The position numbers and the translations under genes are program-made. This document shows, piece by piece, positions 24,696 to 37,458 of a DNA stretch of 64,000 nt (its first letter is position 1; every line of letters starts with the position of its first letter). Under the pieces are notes generated by a model. The model saw nothing but the letters and a program-made list of their open reading frames with translations. It was not told the origin of the DNA and made no database searches. Origin of the DNA: Eledone cirrhosa (lineage: Eukaryota); the NCBI GenBank assembly GCA_964016885.1, contig OZ024766.1:4216001-4280000 (forward strand). The letters run 5' to 3'.

Positions 24696-25649
24696 AAACC
24701 CTATCATTGTGAAATATGTCGGAAATCGTTTGTCTCTAAAGGTAATTTATATAAACAAACAAACACTCATCGTTTGGAAATGTGAGACTTTCTTACTGTA
24801 TCAAATCTAAACCTATTGTTCACAAACCTCATGAAAGAACCCTTAGAAGTTCTACAGACTCCAAACATTGCTTGTCATTTTTGAAATTATATTTTTAGTT
24901 GTAATTAAATTCTTGTTCATATTTATTCCTTGTCTTCTTGAAGTCATTTTTAATCTATACAAGAATTTTCAGAGGTCTTTCTCAATTTTGCTGACACCAA
25001 CATTCCTTGTAGTGTTTAATTGAGGGCCCCTCTATCACTTGATATAATGCGGTGTGTGTCTTGTTGCAGAAATTCTAGAGGGCAACACCAACATTCCCTG
25101 CTGTAGTGTCTAATTGAGGGACCCTCTTTCTCATGAGGTAATGCTGTGTGTGTCTTGTGGCAAAAATTCTAGAGGGATCACCAACATTCCCTGTTGTGTA
25201 TAATGGAGTAGTTTTTACCAGTTTTTCTTTTTTTTTTATTGATTTCATTTCTTTGTAAATAATTTATTAATTAGAAGGGCTATGTAGCTGGTCCCGATAA
25301 AATAGACTCCCAGGCTATGTAGCCGGTAAGAGTGTCAGACACCATCAGTTAGGGCCCTTTACGGTCTGTTAAGATGATTTGACTAAGAAGCACCTGGTCC
25401 ACCTAGCAGGAGTCGTATTGTTCACATGATATATGTACCCAGTCTAACCCGTGTAAGGTGGTCACGTTGATGCACGACTGAAGTGGCCGGGTCCACCCTG
25501 CTGTGGAGTGGTCGAGACAACAGAGCACCCAGTCTGCCCAGTAATGTGGTCATATTGTGTCATGACATAAAGCACCCAGTCCACACTGTAAATATGGTTG
25601 GCGTTGGGCTAGCTTTTGTCATGGCAACTAACATGAGCATCTTACATGA

Positions 25650-26620
25650 TGGACTTGGAGCTTTTGTTGTTGTGTCACCAGCACGACCACCTTACAGGGT
25701 GGACTAGGGGCTTTTGTTGTGTCACCAGCACGACCACCTTACAGGGTGGACTAGGGGCTTTTGTTGTGTCACCAGCACGACAACCTTACATGGTGGATTT
25801 GGGGCTTTTGTTGTGTCACCAGCACGACAACCTTACATGGTGGATTTGGGGCTTTTGTTGTGTCACCAGCACGACAACCTTACAGGGTGGACTAGGGGCT
25901 TTTGTTGTGTCACCAGCACGACAACCTTACATGGTGGATTTGGGGCTTTTGTTGTCTCACCAGCACGACCACCTTACAGGGTGGACTAGGGGCTTTTTTT
26001 GTCTCACCAGCACGACCACCTTACAGGTTGGACTTGGGGCTTTTGTTGTGTCACCAGCACAACAACCTTACAGGGTGGACTAGGGGATTTTGTTGTGTCA
26101 CCAGCACGACAACCTTACATGGTGGATTTGGGGCTTTTGTTGTGTCACCAGCACGACAACCTTACATGGTGGATTTGGGGCTTTTGTTGTTGTGTCACCA
26201 GCACGACAACCTTACAGGGTGGACTAGGGGCTTTTGTTTTGTCACCGGCACAACCACCTTACAGGTTGGACTTGGGGCTTTTGTTGTGTCACCAGCACGA
26301 CAACCTTACATGGTGGATTTGGGGCTTTTGTTGTTGTGTCACCAGCACGACCACCTTACAGGGTGGACTAGGGGCTTTTGTTGTGTCACCAGCACGACGA
26401 TTATTACAGGGTGGATCTGGGGCTTTTGTTGTTGTGTCACCAGCACGACAACCTTACAGGGTGGACTAGGGGCTTTTGTTGTCTCACCAGCACGACAACC
26501 TTACAGGGTGGACTAGGGGCTTTTGTTGTGTCACCAGCACGACAACCTTACATGGTGGATTTGGGGCTTTTGTTGTGTCACCAGCACGACCACCTTATAG
26601 GGTGGATTGAGAGCTTTTAG
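25650..26620 (-). repeat. 47-bp minisatellite (~20 copies), duplicate of the 19.4-21.1 kb array
   Basis: Same unit and same unique flanks as 19365-21130. Confidence 0.9.
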
Positions 26621-27041
26621 TCATTTCAGCAGCGTTGTGGGAGAGTGTAGTTAGGTTTTCATGTTTGTTAGGAAGAACATCCAGCTATAGAAACCAAGCT
26701 AGAAACTGTTCTGTATGAGGAAGACACGGTCATCTGATCCGACCTGTCTCACAACAGGGCAACACGTCTAACCCATGCTAGCGTGGTAAAATGGACGTTA
26801 AACAGATATATATTTTAGGTTTTTCCAGGCGTGACCATCCCGTAGATTGGCAGTATCGGTAGAAGGTCGAACACCATGCTTTGACACATGGAGTTACGGC
26901 CGTTGTTATTCTGAGTTCAAATCCCGCCGAGGTCAACTTAGCTTTTCATCTTTACGGGGTCGATAAAATAAAGTACCAGTAATGTCTTAAGATAATTGCT
27001 GGCCTTTTGCTAAAAGTAGAAATAATGTATATATATATATA

Positions 27042-27080
<39 letters not shown>

Positions 27081-27850
27081 ATATATATATATGACTGAAC
27101 TGCTGAATGTGTTCTTCCCTTATTCTTAAGACAGTAGAGTGTTATTTGGCTGCTATTTCTACCAGGTCGAACAACAAGGTAAGAGACTCTCTCGTTGTTA
27201 CATAATAATTATTTTACTGTGTGGGTCTTGGTTGTTTTACCAGGGTTTGGATACAACTGATGCAGTGTGTTGATATAACTGAAGGTCTTTCTGAATGTAT
27301 TAAATTATGTCAGGGACTTTGAACGTACGACACCGGTGTCATTCAGAAAAACGAACCAGTGTCAACGATACACGTACCTGCCATCTCAATTATATTTTTT
27401 GATTAATCTAATTATATCTTGTGTAGCAATGATCTCATGTTAAAGTGAAAGTTAATATTCTGTAGATAACATAGAGTGAGCTACATGTTCCAGGGTAGGT
27501 GTTCCATCTCCTACATGATTAAATATTTCATTTCATGAGAAACTACGCTACATCGTGAATTGGTTGCTCCACATTTTACAGACAGTGAGAAATAGGTTTA
27601 AATCACCAACATCTGAACAATTAGCTTTCCTGGTCTTTCTTGACTTTACATTTGGACTTGAAATATAAAGTACGTATTATTTGTATTAACACAGCAGATG
27701 ATATTGTGTACTTTTCTACACTCCGTGGGAAACAATCCCGATTTAAAACACAAACACGCCCAAATACACACAACCATTTTTTTACCTTGATTATACAGAC
27801 GTAAATTGTAATATATATTCTGAACTTTTAAGAATTCTTCACAAATTACT

Positions 27851-29332
27851 ATGGAGGACGTTAAACACTTAGACATTTCTACCACACCTGTTTCTACCAA
27901 TATAGATACAGTTACACAGACATACAGCGGGGAGAAAGCTTTACCTAGTGAAACATGTACTGAACAAGGATCATTATACAGAAATATTCCTGAATATAAC
28001 TGTCAGATTTGTAGGAAAACTTTCTCATCAGAAGATGAATTATCTACACACAAACACATACATACTAAAGACAAACCCTATCACTGTGAAATATGTGGGA
28101 AATGTTTTGCTTCTAAAAGTCATTTCACTAGACACAAAAGAACACACACTGGAGAGAAACCCTATCATTGTGAAATTTGTGGGAAATCCTTTGTCACAAA
28201 CGGTGACTTGACTACACACAAAAGAGCACACACTGGAGAGAAACCCTTTCGTTGTGAAATATGTGGGAAATGTTTTGCTTCTCAAAGTAATTTATGTAGA
28301 CACAAAAGAACACACACTGGAGAGAGACCCTATCATTGTGAAATATGTGAGAAATCATTTGTTACAAACAGTGATTTAACTACACACAAACGAATACACA
28401 CTGGAGAGAAACTCTTTCGTTGTGATTTATGTGGGAAATCCTTTGTCAGAAACAGTGAGTTAATTGCACACAAAGTAACACATACTGGAGAGAAACCCTA
28501 TCTTTGTGATATATGTTGGAAAACATTTACTTCTAACAGTAGTTTATCTTTACATAAACGAAGACATGCTGGAGAAAAACCCTATCATTGTGAAATATGT
28601 GGGAAATCTTTTAGCAGGAACTGTGATTTGATCAAACACGAAAGAATACACACTGGAGAGAAACCCTACCATTGTGAAATATGTGGGAAATCTTTCACTG
28701 AAAATTTTAGTGTAGTAGCTCACAAAAGAACTCACACTGGAGAAAAACCTTTCAAATGTGAAATATGTGGGAAATATTTTACTCTGAATTCCAATCTTGT
28801 TAGGCATATACGTAGTCACAGTGGGGAAAAACCATTTCAGTGTGAAGTATGTGGAAAACCTTTCACTGAGAAATCAAATCTTGTTAGACATATACGTAGT
28901 CACACCGGAGAGAAACCTTTCCACTGTGAAATATGTGGCAAATCTTTTGCTGAAACTACAGGTCTTCTAGTTCATAAACGAACACACACTGGAGAGAAAC
29001 CCTATCACTGTGATATATGTGGGAAATATTTTGTGAAAAGCAGTGATTTAACTGCACATAAAAGATGCCACACTGGAGAGAAACCCTATCACTGTGAAAT
29101 ATGTGGGAAATCTTTTTTCAGTAGCAGTAATTTAACTGCACATAAAAGAAAACACACCGGTGAAAAGCACTATCACTGTGATATATGTGGGAGATCTTTT
29201 ACACAGAATTCTAGTCTTTCTATGCACAAACGTACACACACTGGAGAAAAACCCTTACATTGTGAAATATGTGGGAAATCTTTTACACAGAATTCTAGTC
29301 TCATTGACCACATATGTATACACACAGGATAG
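27851..29332 (+). CDS. C2H2 zinc-finger protein, copy 5 (493 aa, 16 fingers)
   Basis: Intact array; ends HICIHTG* (TAG). Confidence 0.93.
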   Translation: MEDVKHLDISTTPVSTNIDTVTQTYSGEKALPSETCTEQGSLYRNIPEYNCQICRKTFSSEDELSTHKHIHTKDKPYHCEICGKCFASKSHFTRHKRTHTGEKPYHCEICGKSFVTNGDLTTHKRAHTGEKPFRCEICGKCFASQSNLCRHKRTHTGERPYHCEICEKSFVTNSDLTTHKRIHTGEKLFRCDLCGKSFVRNSELIAHKVTHTGEKPYLCDICWKTFTSNSSLSLHKRRHAGEKPYHCEICGKSFSRNCDLIKHERIHTGEKPYHCEICGKSFTENFSVVAHKRTHTGEKPFKCEICGKYFTLNSNLVRHIRSHSGEKPFQCEVCGKPFTEKSNLVRHIRSHTGEKPFHCEICGKSFAETTGLLVHKRTHTGEKPYHCDICGKYFVKSSDLTAHKRCHTGEKPYHCEICGKSFFSSSNLTAHKRKHTGEKHYHCDICGRSFTQNSSLSMHKRTHTGEKPLHCEICGKSFTQNSSLIDHICIHTG

Positions 29333-30806
29333 GAACCCTATCATTGTGAAATATGTGGGGAATCGTTTGTCTCTGAAGGTACTTTATATAAACAAACAAA
29401 CCCACATCGTTGGGAAATGTGAGACTTTCTTACTGTATCAAATCTAAACCTATTGTCTACAAACCTCATGAAAAAAACTCTTAGAAGTTCTACAGACTCC
29501 AAACATTGCTTGTCATTTTTGAAATTATATTTTTAGTTGGAATTAAATTCTTGTTCATATTTATTCCTTGTCTTCTTGAAGTCATTTTTAATCTATACAA
29601 AAATTTTCAGAGGTCTTTCTCTCGTTCGTCAACACCAATATTCCCTATTGTAGGGTGTAATTGAGGGACCCTCTTTCTCATGAGGTAATGCTGTGTTTTG
29701 TCGTCTCAGAAATTTTAGAGGGCAACACCGACATTGTAGTGTATAATTGAGGGACACAGTATCACCTGATGTAATGCTGTGTGTGTCTTGTGACAGGAAA
29801 TTTGAAGGGCAACTCCATATTAGCTTAGCGTGATTTAATTTCCATGTTCGTTGGTTTAAACATATATATTTTAGGTTTTTCCAGGCGTGACCATCCCGTG
29901 GATTGGCAGTATCGGTAAAAGGTCGGACACCATACTTTGACACATAGAGTTATTGCTGGCCTTGTGCTAAAAGTAGAAACAATGTATATATGTGTGTGTG
30001 TGTATATATATATGACTAAACTGCAGAGTGTGTTCTCTTATTTTTAAGACAGTAGAGTGGTATTTGGCTGCTATTTCTACCAGGTCGAACAACAAGGTAA
30101 GAGACTCTCGTTGTTACGTAATAAATATTTTACTGGGTGGCCTTGGTTGTTTTACCAGGGTTTGGATACAACTGATGGAGTGTGTTGATATAACTGAAGG
30201 TCTTTCTGAATGTATTAAATTATGTCAGGGACTTTGAACGTACGACACCGGTGTCATGCAGAAAAGGGAAACATTGTCAACGACACACGTACCTGCCATC
30301 TTAATTATATTTTTTGATTAATCTAATTATATCTTGTGTAGCAATTATCTCATGTTAAAGTGAAAGTTAATATTCTGTAGATAACATAGAGTGAGCTACA
30401 TGTTCCAGGGTAGGTGTTCCATCTCCTACATGATTAAATATTTCATTTCATGAGAAACTACGCTACATCGTGAATTGGTTGCTCCACATTTTACAGGACA
30501 GTGAGAAATAGGTTTAAATCACCAACATCTGAACAATTAGCTTCCCTGGTCTTTCTTGACTTTACACTTGGACTTGAAATATAAAGTACGTATTATTTGT
30601 ATTGTTAACACAGCAGATATTGTGTACTTTTCTACACTCCGTTGTGAACAATCCCGATTTATTAGGACACAAAGACATACGCATATATGTATATATATAT
30701 ATTAGCGTCCAAAACGTTAAGACCCTCTTCCTGCTATATCAAGCGTTAACCTAATATATCCCTTCCATATACTGTACCGATTGTGTTGTTATTTCTGTTT
30801 ACCTTT

Positions 30807-30869
<63 letters not shown>

Positions 30870-30971
30870 ATATATAAACACATAGACAGCCAAATACACA
30901 CAACCATTGTTTTACCCTGACATCAGTCTTACACAATCATATCTATTCTGAACTATTCTTCAAGAATTACA

Positions 30972-32393
30972 ATGGGGGACGTTAAACCCTCGGACATTTC
31001 TACCACACCTGTTTCTACCAATATAGATACAGTTGCACAGACATACAGTGGGGAGAAACCTTTACCTCGTGAAATATGTACTGAGCAAGGATCATTACAC
31101 AGAAATATTCCTGAATATAGCTGTCAGATTTGTAGGAAAACATTCTCACCAGAAGATGAATTATCTGCTCACAAGCACAACCATACTAAAGATAAACCTT
31201 TCCACTGTGAAATATGTGGGAAATGTTTTGCTTCTAAAAGCCATTTCACCACACACAAAAGAACACACACTGGAGAGAAACGCTACCATTGTGAAATATG
31301 TGGGAAATCTTATACTCACAACTCGGCCCTTTATGTACACATACGTATTCACACTGGAGCAAAACCCTTCAGCTGTGAAATATGTGGGAAATCTTTTGTC
31401 AGAAACAGTGAGTTAATTACACACAAACGAACACACACTGGAGAGAAACCCTTTCGTTGTGATTTATGTTGGAAAACATTTACTTCTAACAGTACTTTAT
31501 CTTTACACAAACGAAGACATGCTGGAGAAAAACCCTGTCATTGTGAAATATGCGGGAAATCTTTTAGTAGGAAGAGTGATTTGATCAAACACAAAAGAAC
31601 ACACACTGGAGAGAAACCCTACCATTGTGAAATATGTGGGAAATCTTTCTCTGAATTTGGTAGTGTTGTAGTTCACAAAAGAACACACACTGGAGAGAAA
31701 CCTTTCAAATGTGAAATATGTGGGAAATCTTTCAGCCGGAATCCCAATCTTGTTAGGCATATACGTAGTCACAGTGGGGAAAAACCATTTCAGTGTGAAA
31801 TATGTTGGAAATCTTTCTCTGTGAGAAATAATCTTGTTAGACACATACGTAGTCACACCGGAGAGAAACCTTTCCACTGTGAAATATGTGGCAAATCTTT
31901 TGCTGAAACTACAGGTCTTCTAGTTCATAAACGAACACACACTGGAGAGAAACCCTATCATTGTGATATATGTGGGAAATATTTTGTGAAAAGCAGTGAT
32001 TTAACTGCACATAAAAGATGCCACACTGGAGAGAAACCCTATCACTGTGAAATATGTGGGAAATCTTTTTTCAGTAGCAGTAATTTAACTGCACATAAAA
32101 GAAAACACACCGGTGAAAAGCACTATCACTGTGATATATGTGGGAGATCTTTTACACAGAATTCTAGTCTTTCTATGCACAAACGTACACACACTGGAGA
32201 AAAACCCTTCCATTGTGAAATATGTGGGAAATCTTTTACACAGAGTTCTAGTCTAATTGACCACATACGTACCCACACTGGAGAGAAACCCTATCATTGT
32301 GAAATATGTGGGAAATCTTCTATCTCCAAAGGAAATTTAAATAAACACAAACGAACCCACATTGGAGTGAAAGATTTTAACTGTGAAACATGA
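30972..32393 (+). CDS. C2H2 zinc-finger protein, copy 6 (473 aa, 15 fingers)
   Basis: Intact array; ends HIGVKDFNCET like copy 1. Confidence 0.93.
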   Translation: MGDVKPSDISTTPVSTNIDTVAQTYSGEKPLPREICTEQGSLHRNIPEYSCQICRKTFSPEDELSAHKHNHTKDKPFHCEICGKCFASKSHFTTHKRTHTGEKRYHCEICGKSYTHNSALYVHIRIHTGAKPFSCEICGKSFVRNSELITHKRTHTGEKPFRCDLCWKTFTSNSTLSLHKRRHAGEKPCHCEICGKSFSRKSDLIKHKRTHTGEKPYHCEICGKSFSEFGSVVVHKRTHTGEKPFKCEICGKSFSRNPNLVRHIRSHSGEKPFQCEICWKSFSVRNNLVRHIRSHTGEKPFHCEICGKSFAETTGLLVHKRTHTGEKPYHCDICGKYFVKSSDLTAHKRCHTGEKPYHCEICGKSFFSSSNLTAHKRKHTGEKHYHCDICGRSFTQNSSLSMHKRTHTGEKPFHCEICGKSFTQSSSLIDHIRTHTGEKPYHCEICGKSSISKGNLNKHKRTHIGVKDFNCET

Positions 32394-33073
32394 GACACCT
32401 TCATAAAGATCTAAACCTATTGTCCACCAACATCGCAAGGGAACCCTTAAAAAAATCTAGTCTCCAAACATTGCTTGTCATTTTTGAAATTATATTTTTA
32501 GTTGGAATTAAATCCTTGTTCATATTCCTTGTCTTCTTGAAGTCATTTTTAATCAGTGCAAGAATTTTCCGGGATCTTTCTCTTGTTCGTCAACACCAAT
32601 ATTCCCTGTTGTAGGGTGTAATTGAGGGACCCTCTTTCTCATGAGGTAATGCTGTGTTTTGTCTTGTCTGAGAAATTAAATGGGAACACCAACATTCCCT
32701 GTTATAGTGTGTTATTAAGGGACACACTATCACCTGATGTAATGTTGTGTGTGTCTTGTGGCAAGAATTCTAGAGGGATCACCAACATTCCCCCGTTAAA
32801 GTAATTGAAGAAGTAGTTTTTACTAGTTTTTCTCACAAGGCCAGCAATTACCCAGTGTATTACTGGTACTTTATTTTATCGGGCCCCGTAAGCATGAAAG
32901 GCAAAGTTAACCTCGGCGGGATTTGAACTCAGACCATAAAGGGCCGTAACTCTTTGCTGCAAAGCATGGTGTCTGACCCCTCTACTGATACTGCCAATCT
33001 ATAATATATACAACTTCCATCAGGTAAACTCGTGATAGAGGTTTAGAAACAGATATAAAATGATAAATTAGAT

Positions 33074-33718
33074 TTAATCCTTTAATGTTCAAACCAGCCA
33101 AAACCAGCCAGAATTCTCTACCTTTTCTGTTGAAACTGGCTGTAACTGGTCGCTCAAACTGATGTTAAGGTATTGTTCTCAAAATAAATACTTTCAAAAT
33201 CTCAGATTCGATATTATGTGAGGTAAAGCCTTTACTGTGAAAATACAATAGTATATATAGGGTAATGTAAATGTTATGTGAGATAATTATGTGAGGTAAA
33301 GCCTTTACTGTGAAAATACAATAGTATATATAGAGTAATGTAAATGTTATGTGAGATATTATGTGAGGTAAAGCCTTTACTGTGACAATACAATAGTATA
33401 TATAGAGTAATGTAAATGTTATGTGAGATATTATGTGAGGTAAAGCCTTTACTGTGAAAATACAATAGTATATATAGAGTAATGTAAATGTTATGTGAGA
33501 TATTATGTGAGGTAAAGCCTTTACTGTGAAAATACAATAGTATATATAGAGTAATGTAAATGTTATGTGAGATATTATGTGAGGTAAAGACTTTACTGTG
33601 AAAATACAATAGTATATATAGAGTAATGTAAATGTTATGTGAGATATTATGTGAGGTAAAGCCTTTACTGTGAAAATACAATAGTATATATAGAGTAATG
33701 TGAATGTTAAAGGGTTAA
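33074..33718 (+). mobile_element. piggyBac-like non-autonomous element carrying a 72-bp tandem array (~7 copies)
   Basis: Ends TTAATCCTTTAATGTTCA ... TGAATGTTAAAGGGTTAA (TTAA-CCC-type termini, left end with one mismatch); the same unique body occurs inverted at 53045-53189. Confidence 0.65.
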
Positions 33719-33755
33719 AACATCAAAAACGAGTGACAAATTTTGTAAAGGAAAT

Positions 33756-33761
33756 TTTATT
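33756..33761 (-). terminator. Polyadenylation signal AATAAA of the lipoprotein gene
   Basis: TTTATT on + strand, ~95 nt downstream of the inferred TAA stop at 33856-33858. Confidence 0.55.
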
Positions 33762-33855
33762 CAAATTTCAGAGAAATATTTTTGAGAATATTTGAAATTT
33801 GAAGACATTTTTACAGTTTTATGTCTTCTCCAGCAGGGTATACTATGATCTTGTT

Positions 33856-33872
33856 TTAAGCACTTCCACCAT
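33856..33872 (-). CDS. Lipoprotein gene, terminal coding exon (YGGSA*)
   Basis: Pyrimidine tract plus AAG acceptor; phase 1 fits the previous exon; AATAAA downstream. Confidence 0.55.
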
Positions 33873-34887
33873 CTTGAAATGAGAAGAAATGATAAAAGTT
33901 ATTATTTAAACATATTCTATATATGAATTTGTGTGTTGAAATGTATATATATATATATATATATACAATAGTATATATAGATATATAGAGTAATGTAAAT
34001 GTTATGTGAGATATTATGTGAGGTAAAGCCTTTACTGTGAAAATACAATGGTATATATAGAGTAATGTAAATGTTATGTGAGATATTATGTGAGGTAAAG
34101 CCTTTACTGTGAAAATACAATGGTATATATAGAGTAATGTAAATGTTATGTGAGATATTATGTGAGGTAAAGCCTTTACAGGGAAAATACAATAGTATAT
34201 ACAGAGTAATGTAAATGTTATGTGAGATATTATGTGAGGTAAAGCCTTTACAGTGAAAATACAATGGTATATATAGAGTAATGTAAATGTTATGTGAGAT
34301 ATTATGTGAGGTAAAGCCTTTACTGTGACAATACAATAATATATACAGAGTAATGTAAATGTTATGTGAGATATTATGTGAGGTAAAGCCTTTACAGTGA
34401 AAATACAATAGTATATATAGAGTAATGTAAATGTTATGTGAGATATTATGTGAGGTAAAGCCTTTACTGTGACAATACAATAGTATATATAGAGTAATGT
34501 AAATGTTATGTGAGATATTATGTGAGGTAAAGCCTTTACTGTGACAATACAATAGTATATATAGAGTAATATAAATGTTATGTGAGATATTATGTGAGGT
34601 AAAGCCTTTACTGTGACAATACAATAGTATATATAGAGTAATGTAAATGTTATGTGAGATATTATGGGAGGTAAAGCCTTTACTGTGACAATACAATAGT
34701 ATATATAGAGTAATGTAAATGTTATGTGAGATATTATGTGAGGTAAAGCCTTTACTGTGACAATACAATAGTATATATAGAGTAATGTAAATGCTAAAGG
34801 GTTGATATGCCTCACAGGTTTAATAGATCTAAAAATAATCAAGTGAGTCATGAATTCTGGCCCACCCTGTATATATTCTCTAGTTGA

Positions 34888-34919
<32 letters not shown>

Positions 34920-37426
34920 TCTCTCTACCAAGTGTGACATACTTACAGCATTGTCTTGACATCGTGAGTGGCACTTCTTTATAGTCACACTGCTCCACAT
35001 AGTATGATGACACTTCACAGACTGTACGGTATGGTACGCTCACGTCCAATTCTAAACTACACATGCGGTAGAATGGTGTTGGTGAAACCTGCATGAAAAT
35101 ATCATTAGAATAATAATCTTATATATATAATTGTTTCTACTTTTGGGGGCACAAGGCCAGCAATTACACCAGTGTATTACTGGTACTTTATTTTATCGAC
35201 CCCCTAATAATTGTTTCTACTTTTGGGGGCACAAGGCCAGCAAATTACCCCAGTGTATTACTGGTACTTTATTTTATCGATCCCGTAATAATTGTTTCTA
35301 CTTTTGGGGGCACAAGGCCAGCAATTACCCCAGTGTATTACTGGTACTTTATTTTATCGATCCTGTAATAATTGTTTCTACTTTTGGGGGCACAAGGCCA
35401 GCAAATTACCCCAGTGTATTACTGGTACTTTATTTTATCGACCCCGTAATAAATGTTTCTACTTTTGGGGGCACAAGGCCAGCAATTACCCCCAGTGTAT
35501 TACTGGTACTTTATGTTATCGATCCTGTAATAATTGTTTCTACTTTTGGGGGCACAAGGCCAGCAATTACCCCAGTGTATTACTGGTACTTTATTTTATC
35601 GACCCCGTAATAAATGTTTCTACTTTTGGGGGCACAAGGCCAGCAATTACCCCAGTGTATTACTGGTACTTTATTTTATCGATCCCGTAATAATTGTTTC
35701 TACTTTTGGGGGCACAAGGCCAGCAATTACTCCAGTGTATTACTGGTACTTTATTTTATCGACCCCGTAATAAATGTTTCTACTTTTGGGGGCACAAGGC
35801 CAGCAATTACCCCAGTGTATTACTGGTACTTTATTTTATCGACCCCCGTAATAAATGTTTCTACTTTTGGGGGCACAAGGCCAGCAATTGCCCCCAGTGT
35901 ATTACTGGTACTTTATTTTATCGATCCTGTAATAATTGTTTCTACTTTTGGGGGCACAAGGCCAGCAATTGCCCCCAGTGTATTACTGGTACTTTATTTT
36001 ATCGATCCTGTAATAATTGTTTCTACTTTTGGGGGCACAAGGCCAGCAATTACCCCAGTGTATTACTGGTACTTTATTTTATCGACTCCGTAAGGATGAA
36101 AGGCAAAGTCGATTAAATAGAGTACCACCACCACCACTACTACTACCACCACCACCACCACCACCACTACTACCACCACCACCACTACTACCACCACCAT
36201 CACCACTACTATTACTAGTATTATTACTACTACTACTACCATCACTAATACCACCATCACTAATACCACCACCACTAGTACCACCACCACAACTACTACT
36301 ACTACCACCATCACTAATACTACCACCACCACAAATACTACCACCACTACCACTACTACTACCACCACCACCACCACCACTACTACTACTACTACCACCA
36401 CTATTACCACCACTACCACTACTACTACCACCACAACCACCACCACTACTACTACTACCACCACCACCACCACCACTACTACTACTACAACCACTACTAC
36501 CACCACTACCACTACTACTACTACCACCACTACCACTACTACTACTACCACCACTACCACTACTACTACTACCACCACAACCACCACCACTACTACTACC
36601 ACTACTTATCCCTAAAAAATGGAAAAGGAGAGAAAACCGAGCCATCTTTACCTGTCTATGGCAATTTCTGAAGGGGGAATCCAGTTCCATAAATATCGAG
36701 TAGCAAGGGTAGTTCCACTTTATTTCTCGCTCCGCTTCAAAGAGTACATTTTCCACCTCACACCTGGACTGCGTGTTCCAGGAGTCCACAAATCTGGAGA
36801 CGGCATCCTGGAATGGCCGCTGTACGTTGTAAATGCCCCCTTTGGGTATCAAGTCATCGAACTGTTCGTTGTTGTAGGATCCAAACAGGCCAGAAACTCT
36901 GTTGTAAAACCATCCACTCATTTCGAGGGTTACAAGATCAAGGGTTGGATTGAACATAACGCTATAACCCCTGGTGTCTGTAAAGACGTACGTGTCCCCT
37001 TGTAATGTGATGGAGACATAGCTTTCGTTGTATGGAAGTCTGAAGAAGGACCCCTTGACATAGACCTGAAAAGGATGAACAGATAGATAAATAGATATGT
37101 TTCTTTATTAGCCACAGGGGCACAAAAGAAGGGGTCAAATACAAAGGGGGAAGTTTACATACAATAAAAACGTGTAAAATGTTATCACAAATGCAATTTA
37201 AAAAGTTAGTCGATTTTCCCCAATAGAGGGAGACAGTTTATATGGGTAACACATACCCCCGAAAAAATGTGCAACCCTCATCTCCAGGAGTACGAAGAGT
37301 TTGTACTCCTTTTCTCTCCTCCTTTTCCTCAACCTACAGGCTGATATAGAGAGAAGGTCCATTCACTCGGGCCATTCTCGCCACTTTCACCCACCTTTCA
37401 TAAAACTTGCTGGGGTACAGCACCTC

Positions 37427-37458
<32 letters not shown>

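Noticed and set aside
10112-26620. CRISPR-like appearance of the 47-bp arrays and their Cys-rich ORFs
   Set aside because: Head-to-tail repeats with no unique spacers and no cas genes; units derive from a SINE; eukaryotic context.
1613-31877. Antisense and alternate-frame ORFs over the zinc-finger genes (RFPTYFT..., NPIIVKYVGN...)
   Set aside because: Expected shadows of repetitive C2H2 codon patterns.
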